Source: Macrostomum hystrix (lineage: Eukaryota; Animalia; Platyhelminthes). Taken from it: a stretch of DNA of 64,000 nt. The stretch covers positions 12,462,001-12,526,000 of the forward strand of contig CATNEN010000038.1 of NCBI GenBank assembly GCA_950097015.1, written 5' to 3'. Both the position numbers and the translations under genes were made by a program. The notes beneath the pieces are model-generated. The model was not told the origin of the DNA. It searched no databases and saw only the letters and a list, made by a program, of their open reading frames with translations. Shown one piece after another: positions 49,201 to 61,200 of this stretch; positions within the stretch are counted from its first letter, which is position 1, and each line of letters starts with the position of its first letter.

Positions 49201-52200
49201 GAACAGTCGTGAAGACTGTCGCCGAGCTAATGGGACTGGTGAATGGCAGAACTTTCGAGCTCACGGTCAGGTTGTACAGCGAATCAAGACTGTTGTTGTG
49301 CATCTGTGCTGTGTACAACTCAGCATCGTAGTGACGTAAGTCAACCAATGCGGGGCAACGCTTCACTAAAGAGAAGTGTTATTAAGTGTTATTTTTTTTT
49401 ATTTTGCACGAGGGCTGTGGGCACTGGTAAATTTGGAAACATTTTTTTCATCGTCAGGCAGAGTTCACTTTCACCTTGCCTTGCAAGTCAGCCCTCAAGG
49501 GCGTGAATTGCACGACAAGCCTCAAAGCCTCTCCACACCAGCACCCCAAATGAATGTGACCTCACCATGCCACCGACCTACTCACCTTCGCATCCGGAAG
49601 TCCACTTCCATTCCTGTGACCAGGAACCATTAGCCAAGCACTCAATGGCTAACTCGGCGATGTCCTTGGAGCCGCTAAACTCTTGCTGCGATGAGTTTGC
49701 ACACCTCAGCAGGGCGGTGTCGGAAAATAAGTCTCCAGTGGCAGCAACGACGTGCAGCAGCGGAAGTGCGGCCAACTCGCTCAGGCTTCGACCGCACCTT
49801 GCCCCTAAGGTAGGAAAGATTTATTGAAACAATTAAAGGCACCAGTCGTTTCGTTGCATGATAGACTGACCAACTTACTCTGCAATGGAGGTACAGTGGA
49901 CCAATATGCGGAATTGTCAGTGCCATTCAGTTCGCAGGACGTGACCCAGAAGGTGTCGCCTGTGGCCTTAAAGAAGAAGCCGTTCTCAGCTGTCAGATTC
50001 AGGAAATCGTACAGTTTCCTAGGCTCGTTAGGATCGTTGTGGAATTCCCAAGCTATGCTTGTATTCGCTGGTAGGTGCAAAGTCGGACAATTGATTCCTT
50101 GAAAAGTCACAATTAAATATACATGCTGTTTCAAACAGATTTTGTGACCAATTGTGATTGTGATCATGTCTTCAAGTTTAGATTTTGCAATCGAACTCAC
50201 GGCAGCAAGTTGAATAGTTGCTCCAGGTCTTATTTATGTGGCAGACTGTCTCAGTAGGACTTGAAGTTGGAAGTTGATGACCCTGCGGACACTGCAACTG
50301 CACTGCCGTCAGAGCAACCGAGAGACCAACTGGAATGCTGTCCGACCTAAGTAGCTGGACCACGACAGTGAAGTTCTTAAAGCTGTTGCTTTGAGTTTCA
50401 TATCTTTGCGTGAAGTAGGTTGCATTTGGCACATGAAGGGGCTTGCACAGGCGATCTTCAATGGGTTGTTCGCAAAATTGTTTTGTAGTGAAAGGACCGC
50501 AGTTAGAAATTCACAGAAATTTTAAAGCCAATATATAGGTCTTTTGTGCTACCTTGGCAGCCATTCCTCCACACATTATGGTTAGTCCACTGCTGATCTA
50601 GTCTACATTCCGAACGAGTTGCAGTAATATTTGGTGCCAAAATGAATTCCTGAGTGCTGGTATTGCTGCAGGAGATGCTGAACCAGTCAGTAAATCTATT
50701 ACTCGGCGGAGGGCTATTAAAAGTAACTCGCACTTTTGGCAAAGAAATCAGGTCGCTGTAGCTTAGGTTGCACGATAAACCTACCCAAAATAATTGGACG
50801 GAAGACAGCGTAGTAAATCAGATAGAATCAGAGCATAAATTTATCAAAACTTGAAGTCGAAACTTACGCTCAAGCCTAGAAATTGAAGTCCAAAACGCAG
50901 TGTTGCTCGACTCATTGAGTGCGCAAACCGTCAGCCAGAATGACTTTTTGGTGTCGTTGAAGTAGAATCCTTGCTCAGCCTTCAAGTGCACCACATCGTA
51001 CAGCCTACCCGGCTCGCTCGGATCGTTAAATAGCTCGCTATCAATGCTTACGTTCTTTGGCAGTTGCAAGATTGGACAGGAAAAGCCTGGAAGAGGTTGA
51101 CATGTTAGCAATGCTATTATCATTATGTAGTACATAGTTATGAACACAATGCGTTTAGCTCACGCTCGCAAAGTTCGAAGCTGCTCCAAGTCTTGTTACT
51201 CAAACAGACAGTCTCATTGGAACTCGATGATTTTAGCTGGTGCCCGATGGGACAGCCTAGCTGCAGCTTTGTGAGAGAAACTGATGAACCAATTGGCATC
51301 GGGATGAGCTTGACCAGGGACTCAGTGACGCTGATGTTGCTAAATGTCGCGTCTGATGCATTGTAGACTTGTGTAACGTACGTTGCATTTGGTATAAACA
51401 GCGGTTGACATTTGCGCTCTGAAACCATTTTCAAACCGCAAGAGTTACTCTTGCAGAATTCAGTTCGGAAAGGAATGAGTTGGGCTCACCTTTACAGCCA
51501 GCGCCCCAAACATTCCGATTGGTCCAAACACGATCCAAACTGCAGACAGAAATGGTCTCAGCGATTTCGGGTGCCAGCACAAACTCTTCTGTGCTGGTGT
51601 TGCTGCATGAAATTTTCAACGAATCTGTGTACCGCCCGACCAGTGAGATACTGCTAATATTAGCGCTAATATTTGGCAGAGACAAGATGTCACTGTAGCT
51701 CATGTTGCACGCATTTCCTGCAAGTCCAGTGGCATCAATTATATTAAATAATGTTTCTTATAAGGTACCATGGGTCGCTTGTTTAGCTGAATTCTTAAAA
51801 AGCATTTTTTCATGGTCATTTCTGCTTACTCTCCAATGGAGACATAGGTGACCAGGCAGTCGCATTGCCGTGGGTGATATTCACCGTACAGGTGACCATC
51901 CAGTTTGAATCTCCACTGATGTTGAAGAAAAAGCCATCGTGAGCTTTTAAGTAGACGGAGTCGAATAGGCGCCTGGGCTCCACCGGATTGTTATTGAAAT
52001 CCATTTCAATACTCGCTTTGTTTGGGACTTGAAGCTGTGGACATCGAATGCCTACAAAGTAAATTAAATCGAGCCACCTTAGCATTGATTCCGTGTTTAT
52101 AAAGCAAAGTCAGCCTTCAGGCGAATAACTCACGCTCGCAGAGTTGGAAGCTGCTCCAGGACTTGTTTGTCTGACAAACAGATTCATTGGGACTGGAAGG

Positions 52201-55200
52201 GGGCAGTTGGAGTCCAGCCGGACACGTTATCGGATATCTTGTGAGAGCGACAGCAAATCTGCCGCCTGAATCGCCTTGATGAATATTCGCTAGGCTGATA
52301 GAGACGCGGCGATTTACTATTGTTTTATTCGTGTAGTTATAAGACTGTGTGCTGTAGGTCGCATTTGGAACACGCAGAGGTTGACATAAGCGATCTTAAA
52401 ATTATAAAAATGTTTAATAGCATTTTCACTTGTTTATTTTGTGTCTGTAATATTCCTATACTTTGCGATGCGGAAAAATTATATGAGTCTGAAAATACCT
52501 TGGCAGCCTTGGCCCCATAGGTTTAGATTGGTCCACGAGCGATTTAAACTGCACGTAGAATTAGTCTCTGAAACATCTGGCGATAGTACGAATTCCTGTG
52601 TCCTGGAGTCACTGCAGGTGACGGTGATCCGATCGGTATACTTGTCACCAGGGAAGCTGCTTAGAAATTTGACAGTTAACTTTGGTATAGACAGAAGCTC
52701 GCTGCGGTTCATGCTGCACTGAATTCCTGGAAGAAAGCACTCTGTTTTACTGCAAGTTAAGGAGAAACGCAAAATCGAATCATAAGCGGTGAGTCTTACG
52801 TTCCAGGGAAGAAATGGCGGTCCAACTGGTTGAGTTGTCGGCGGTGTTAACCGCACATGAAATGGACCACTGGGATTCTCCACTTTCTTGGAAATAAAAC
52901 CCCTTTTCAGCCTGCAGATACACGACATCATAAAGACGATGTGGTCGGTTTATGTCGTTGTTCCATTCGAACCAAAGACTGACGTTTGATGGTAAATTTA
53001 GCTGTGGACATTGAGTGCCTGAAAAAAACGTGTCAGATTTTTACGTTGAAGTTCAGATTGTAAATGCTGGAACTAAACTTCAATTCAATATTTATCAACA
53101 TTTTCACCGAATCTAACAAGAGCCAGGAACAGTAGTACTTACGTTCACACAGCTGAAACGTGCTCCAAGATTTATTTCCCAGACAATGAGTTTCCGAAGG
53201 GCTGGAATCGGGAAGTTGATATCCGATGGGGCAGCGCAGCTTGAGCACCGCGAAGATTACCGAGGCAATGTTCGGTATTAGATCGAGTCTGAGTAGGCTC
53301 ACGGTAATGCTAATGTTAGCTACTGCTCGGCTAGTGCTGTTTATGAACTGAGTGATGTACGTCGCGTTTGGAATACGCAGAGGTGGGCATGTGCGATCTG
53401 AAGAAAATATTAATTTAGCATGACGTTCTCAAACTCTCATCTGCATGGCTGAAAAGAATATAGACTCGCCGTCCTATCAATTTGACGTTTTGGATTATAT
53501 CGAAATAAAAAATAATCAGAAAGCTAGCTTCTAGCCCAACGGTGAGAGCTTTGAACTCCTGACTGTGGTCTGTGGATTTCGAACCTCAGCCTCAGAGAGC
53601 AAATTGTGAGCTTGAGAAATAACTGACTTCATTTGCCCCTACAGAGCTAGATGTGCAGCCGACAGCACAGCCGCTGCTATTGAATGTAAAATTTAATAGC
53701 AGCGGCTAGCATTTTAGTCCATGGACTGGAGCGAAGTCACACCCTACCCCAGGTAATTCTGGTAACCATTTATGTGGCTTGCAAAAGGACAGAAGCTGGG
53801 GTGAAGAATCGAAGTGGAGCTCCAGCGGAGTGAAGAATCGAACCCCCGACCACGAAGTTGTGAGTCCAAAATCCAGTAAGAAGCTTTAGTCATAAGTTGA
53901 GGAAGAATTACCTTGACAGCCCTTGCTCCAAACTGTCTGATTCGTCCAAACGCCTTCAGCTGTACAGATAGACGTGGCTTCATGAACCTCTGGTGATTGG
54001 ACAAACTCTTCGGTGACCGAGTTGCTGCAGGTGATGATGAACCAATCAGTGTATTTACCATCCATCGATGGGCTACTAGCAGTAATTTTTATCTTTGGTA
54101 GTAAAGCAACCTGGCTGATAGACATATTGCAAGCTACTCCTGAAAAATTATTAAGAAGTTAGAATGCAAAAATGATGCACGATTTTCATTACGAATATTG
54201 AACTAAGAATTAAAAATAGATAACTTTTGATCATCAGCATTGAGCTTTAAGCCTTAAATAAATTGAAAAACATTTTGTATCGACGGTCAAGAATTCAAGT
54301 GTTACGAAGGAAGCTACCAAGAAATGTGCATCATAAACATGAGCATGTGGTAAGAGCGTCTATAGATAAGAACAATGACAGTCAGATAGGACGCACGTTG
54401 CAAAGACGCGATAGGAGTCCAATATGAACTGTTGATAGAAGTGTTTAGAGCACAGGCCGTCATCCAGGAAGTGTCGCCACTGACGCTAAAGTAGAATCCT
54501 CTCTCGGCTTTCAGGTGAACCACATCGTAGAGTCTTCTTGGTTCAGTGTTGTTGTTATAAAACTCCCAATCAATGCTCGTATTTGCAGGCAGCTCTAGGG
54601 TGGGACACTTCAGACCTAAAAGAATTGCAGTAATACTCTATATCACGGCCAGAAATATTTCCTTGATAATTTCAAACCATTTCTAATTGTATTGACTCTA
54701 TACTCACGCTCGCAAAACATGAAACTTGTCCAAGTTTTATTTGTCTGGCACATTGTCTCACGGGGACTTTTATCAGGCATTCTGTGTCCTGCTGAACACC
54801 CGAGGTCCAGGGTAGTGAATGTCCTCGATGACATCGTTGGGATCCGATCTAAGGAAAGCAGGCTAGCAGTTACACTTTGGTTTGTGAAAGATCCGTTTCT
54901 GTACTTGGACACCACTGTGTAGTAGGTAATGTTTGGAACGCTCAAAGGCTGGCATAGTCTATCTGAAAGCATATAAATATGACAAATAGTTTAATTACTG
55001 CTAACAAATGTACATGTACTTACAATTCGTAAGATTATTTTTTGACGCATCAGAAATACTAATTGGCAACAAAAATAGAGACCAATACTTCAACGACAGT
55101 TAAAAATCGGATTCACAATATTAAGCAACAGCTCTAAGCTCACCGCGACACCCGCCGCCCCATACATTTTGATTTGTCCAAACACCCGCTGCCGTACAGG

Positions 55201-58200
55201 TAGACTCTGAATGGATTGTAATCGGCGATCCAACAAACTCCTCAGTGCTGGAGTTAGTGCAGCTGATATTGAATGCATCTGTGTACCTGTCCATTGTTGT
55301 GGAGCTGTAGAATGTAATTTCAACCTTTGGCAGGGCCATCAGTACACTATAGGCTAAATTGCACTGGACACCTGAAATTTTTATTCGAATAACTGTCTCA
55401 AATAGTATTCAATAGGCTCAGCCGAGTTTTTATCGATTCATGAACATCATAAAGCCGCAAACGACTCCATTGACATACGCTGCAGTGGAGAGATGGCAGT
55501 CCAATAGGTGGAGTTGTCCGTTCTGTTCAGTGCACAAGACGTCACCCAGAACGCTTCCCCACTGTCATTGAAGTAGAATCCGCTCTCAGCCTTCAGGTGA
55601 ACTGCATCGTACAGTCTGCGAGGCTCGCTCGGATTGTTGGTGATTTCCCTGTCAATGCTCATGTTTGCTGGCAGCTCCAGAGCCGGACACTGGAGACCTG
55701 GTGTTCGAATTCGTTTTGCTTTTACCAGCCTGCTGTTTCTTTTGCCCAACTTCTGTAGGATTTACCGTTTCCTTTATCAAAGGTTCAGTGCGAGGACAAA
55801 AAGCAAAGCGAGAATGAAACTCACGTTCGCAGAGTTGAAAGCTGGTCCAATTCTTGTTGCTCTGGCATACAGTGCTGCTTGGACTCGCCGAAGGTAGTCG
55901 GTGTCCCAGCGGACACTGCAGACTCAGAGTGGTAAAAGTTACCGATGGACTTCTTGGGATTGGGTCCAGGATGAGTAGACCCGTGGATATGCTCTGATTG
56001 TGGAATGTTCTACTTGAGAAGTTGTACACTTTTGTGATGTACGAGGCGATCGGGACTTGTATCGGCTGGCACAGTCGGTCTATAAAACAAGTGAGAACTA
56101 TTTGTTAATGTAAGACGTCTGTAGTTCAAATCTCAACTGAAGGGAATATTTATAGTTTTCCCATGAAAGGATCAGCTAGGAAAGAAATTTGAATGGGTGT
56201 GGTGCCCATCGAAAATTAAACAAGCGGTTCGCAGACGGCATGCGTCGTGCATCTGTGCTGGCTGCGCATCTGGCCTAACTATTCTTGAAAGGCACAATGT
56301 TTGCTTCAAGCTTCAGTGCTTTAGTTAGTTCATTCTCACCTTTGCAGCCGCTGTGCCAAACATTCTGGTTCGTCCAAACACCCTCAGCAGTGCAAGTGGA
56401 TACTGTCTCAATGACTTCTGGTGACCCCTGAAACTCTTCAACGCTAGAGTTGCTGCAGCGAATGCTGAACCAGTCGGTGTATTTGTCATATGTCGTGGAT
56501 CCTCCAAATGAAATTTGCACTTTGGGCAATGACACCAGAGTGATGTAGCTCACGTTGCAACTGACACCTGAGTAACACAATAAAATAAAAGTTTCAACCA
56601 TAGTGACAGCACTGATTTGTCAACATGAATGTAGAAAGTTATATCTATGAACGTACGCAATACAGGAGAAATTTTAGTCCAATATGTCGTGTTGTCAGTG
56701 CGGTTCAATGCGCAGCAGGTCACCCAGGCTCTGCCTGCGCTGTCATTGAAGTAGAATCCGCGCTCAGCTTCAAGCTGCACAATGTCATAAAGTCTGCGCG
56801 GCTCGCTCACATTGTTAAGAAACTCGCGACTTATACTCATGTTTGCTGGGAGCTGCAGTTGTGGGCACTGGAACCCTAAAAGAAGCAAGTTTGGATTTAC
56901 AATGCATTCACGGTGTGAAAAAACAATATAAAACATGACGTGATAGGGCTGCAACTCACGTTCACAGAATTGAAATCTTGTCCAGCTCTTGTTTGTCTGG
57001 CAGACTGTCTGATTTGGACTCGATGCTGGCAGGTGGTGTCCCACAGGGCACAACAGATTGAGAGTAGTAAATGTCCTAGATGGAGATGCTGGGATCTCAT
57101 TCAGCAAAAGTAGACTCGTTCTAATGCTTTCATTTACGAAACTTCTGGTTGAGTAGTTAAGCACCATTGTGAAGTATGTCACATTAGGAACTTGCACTGG
57201 CTGGCAAATACGTGCTGAAAACACGTAAATTTAAAGGTTTCAAATCAAAATCAAAATCAAATCAAAATAATAAATGAATCACATGAAATCTGTTGGAGAT
57301 GGTATTGCAATTGGAGGTTATATTGTTAAATTTCGTGGCCTCATATTGTTACAAGGCTTCAATATGAGGAGGTTGTAGCATTGTGGTAAGAGCGTCGAAC
57401 TCGTGACTTGAAGTTCGGGGGTTCGATTCAAGACTCTACTAAAAATGTGTCTCCTTTAGCTGAACACTTAATCTCCTTTAGCATTGCTTAGTTGCTTGCT
57501 TAGCAAGACACTTGTAATTGAGTGTGGGTGCGCCGTCCCCCAGTCCATAGACTAAACAGCCATCCGCAGCATTCAGATGCGCAGTGCAATAGCTGCGGCT
57601 GTGCTGCCGGACGCAAATCTGTCCCAATTGGGAAGGTTTAATCAATTATTATCAATTAAATTTCCATAGAAACTACAAAAGCCCTACATGTAACTTTCCT
57701 TTAGAGAGGGGTCGGTGGTAGAGTAGTTAACGCGTTTGCCTCTCGCACCAATGTCCCTAAGTTCGACAAGCTCCCAAGAGGAGAGAAAGCTTGAGGGCTT
57801 GTCTTGCAATTTACGCCCTTGAGTGCCAACCTCCAAGGCACAGTGAAATGCACACTGCCTGACGATGAGAAAGTCAGTGCAGATGTACACACCTATGTGA
57901 GCGTGTGCCTGCGTACGGTATCTGTGTGCGTGTGTGATTATGAGTCAGTGAAATGCAGAACTGCCTGCTCGCTGGCTGCGGGTCTGCGTCACCAATTGAT
58001 GTGTCATTGACCACAGTCCTGCAATTATTATTATTATTACTTCCCTTTAGCGACTTTTCCGTATATGTACCATAGTAAACTATGTAAAAATAAGAATGTC
58101 GCTCCTGCATTTAAAGAGGCAGACTGTTAATTCACCTCTGCATCCTTGAGACCATACGCTTTCGTTAGTCCATAGGCCTGCAGCATTACAAATGGACTCG

Positions 58201-61200
58201 GTTTGGAGTACATCGGGTGCTGCGGCAAACTCCTCCGTGCTGGAATTGGTGCATCTGATGCTGAATGAATCCATGAACCTGTCGTGTGTTGTCGAATTGC
58301 TGAATACAATGGAAACATTTGGCAGTGACATTAAACTGTCGTATGTCACGTTGCACCTGACGCCTGCAATGCGTTCGGAGCGTGTGTGAGTCGCATTAGA
58401 TAGGAAAAGCTCTGTTATCTCACATGACTTAGCTTACGCTGCAACGAAGAGAATGCTGTCCAGTATGTTGTATTGTCAGTAGTGTTTAGTGCGCACGACA
58501 CCACCCAGAATTCGCTTCCGCTGTGGTTGAAGAACAAGCCGCTGTCTGCCCTGAGCTGTACATAATCATAGAGTCTATGACGTCGCTCGGTTCGATTATT
58601 AAAAAATTCCCATTCGATGCTCATATTGGCAGGCAATTGAAGCGCTGGGCATATAAGGCCTATGATTAGTTTTAAAATTAATATTGATGCATGAATACGA
58701 GCTATACTCGCATCAAAATTCAAGGTATCGTGTATTTTTTTATAACCTAGCAGCAAACTTACGTTCGCAGAACATGAAGTGGCTCCAGGTTTTGTTTGTC
58801 TGACAGATGGTCTCATTGGGGCTAAGGAAAGGCAGTTGATGTCCTACAGGACATTTTAATTTCACTATTGTGAATGTAAAAGAAACGTTTCTAGGAATAT
58901 CCCCGGGCGCCAGAAGACTTGTTGGAAAGCTGTTGTTTACAAAGCTTTTGCTTGAAAAGTTGAATTGAAGAGTGAAGTAGGTGATGTTCAACACTATCAG
59001 AGGCTGACAGAGGCGATCTGCAATGAGTTTTGAGCGTCTTTTAATAAACTGAAAAATGTAGGAAGCCGATAAGTTTTGTAAGTTTCGCCTCAAAGTTCAT
59101 AAAACTTTTCAAAAACTTTGATTAAAATTGGTAGTCGCTTTGAAGCCAACCAAAACAGCAATAATATTCGCAGGCTAGTCATAGTCATAGTCTAAGTGCT
59201 TAATATCCGCATTTTCGTTACCTTGACAGCCGGAACTCCAAACGCTCTGATAGGTCCACAGTCCATTTGCAGCACAGTTAGCAACGGCCTCAATAACATT
59301 CGTGGACCCGATGAACTCCTCCGTGGATGAGTTTTTACAGGTGATAATAAACCAATCAGTGAACTTATCCAGAGAACCGGAATGGCCAAATTTGATATTT
59401 ACTTTTTGTAGGGCCATCAGATTCGAATGATTGAAGTGGCAAGTTATTCCTTAAAGCCATTTATTTTTCAGCATAAAATTTTTATAACAATATAACTAGG
59501 GACATAAATTTAGTTTATCAGTTTATCGAGCTCACGTTCTGTAGAGAGGTCAGTCCAGTAAGCGGTATTGTTGTCCTCATGCAGGAGACAAGAGCTGTAC
59601 CATTCTGAGCCACCATTGTTAACAAACTGGTAACCCGGGATAGCCCTGTAGAATGCGGTGTCATACAGATGAAATGTGGACGTTGGCTGATGCGTATAGT
59701 TCGCGTAGGTTACCGCGTTATTAGGTGCCGGCAGGTTCTGGCATTGCATGCCTAAATCGGTAGAAAAGCAAACCTATTTGGCTTTTCAAAAGTTTTTGTG
59801 TGCGTAAATAATTTGGCGTTTAACTGCCCATCAAGTGAGCGCGAACTTACGAGCACACACTGGATATGCTGACCAGAGCTCATTCGGCTGACACTCGATG
59901 TAGTCCGAATCACTGACCAGGTCATGTCCCGCTGGACAAACGATGGTGACGCGTGTAAAAGCGTCTAGCGAAAAATTGCCAGGCAATAGAGCCAGACTAA
60001 CATTTTTAGTGACGTTTGCACGCAAATTAGAGATGCTGCTCCACTGAGGTAAGGTGTAAACAGCGCTAGTCGGCGGTGGTTGAAGGCAGGTGCGTACTAA
60101 GGAAAGAGATCGTCATTTTAGTGAGTTTGATTTTAATTACTGGAATCATCGTTAAACACCATAAGAAACATATATTTAATGGACATACTTGCGAAATCGG
60201 GTAATGTACTCCATGTTCCATTCGACTGGCAATGAGAGTGCCATTGCAGCACGCTCTTTGGGGCCTTGATGTCAAATTTGAACCCGAGCGGTGCATTGTA
60301 CACCACATAGTCCATGTAGGCATTTGGCGGCGCTCGGTCAATTGCTGCGTTGCTGAAACTGTAGGCTATCGTTGCCATGGATATATTCTGAGGCTCTGGG
60401 CATTGGATACCTAGGAATCCAAGCAAAATAATTAAGTTATAATAACTTTTTTACAGAGGGTTAATGCAATTCTAATTAGTTTGTTGCAATGGGAAAAGCG
60501 GACAACTTACGACTGCAGCTAGAGTTTGTCCACCTCTTGTCAATTTGACAGCGGAGTTCAGTGTCTGCTGTAGGCGAATACCCCTTGGCGCAGTGCATAG
60601 AGAATGTGGCATTGAAAGCATTGTTGTACGGATCTGCTGAATCAAAGCTATGCGTTGCAGATGTACTCGTCTTATGATAGATCAGCCAAGTGCTGCCGTT
60701 AAAGTACGATGAGTTGTACAGCTCAGTCCTGGGCTGCATTATGGCTGGACAACGCTTGACTAAAAAATCGAACAATACATTTCGCAAGCCTATCATTGAA
60801 AAAGGCAATACATTTCAGATCTTAACGCATAGTGGAAAACACCTGTTCAGCATGTTTAGCATCATCAGTTATCAGATAAAGCTGTGTTTCTTCTAGAAAG
60901 ACCCCACTATTTTTCCACCTAGAGAAAGACCACAGGGCTATTTCAAATACCCACTGCCTATTTCACGAAAGCCCTCAAACCGGATGAACGATTTTCCGCC
61001 CTTGACGATGAACTAGCTTTCAAAGCTGGCCGGCGTCAGCATTGTCGAGATATTCGGCGATTCTTGTCGAAGACCCTGGTGACAAGGACAACTAACATTG
61101 CTCTGTAAAAGCCATATTTGTTCAAAACGGAATAATAACGGAACAATAGCTCGTAACAACCGACACAGTTACATGATAAAAATTTTTGAGCAGAGGAATT

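Noticed and set aside
57855-57882. Hammerhead core in SINE B (CTGACGA-TGA-GAAA-GTC)
   Set aside because: There is no stem II or stem III. In other copies CCTGAC pairs with GTCAGG as a simple hairpin around GATGAGAAA.
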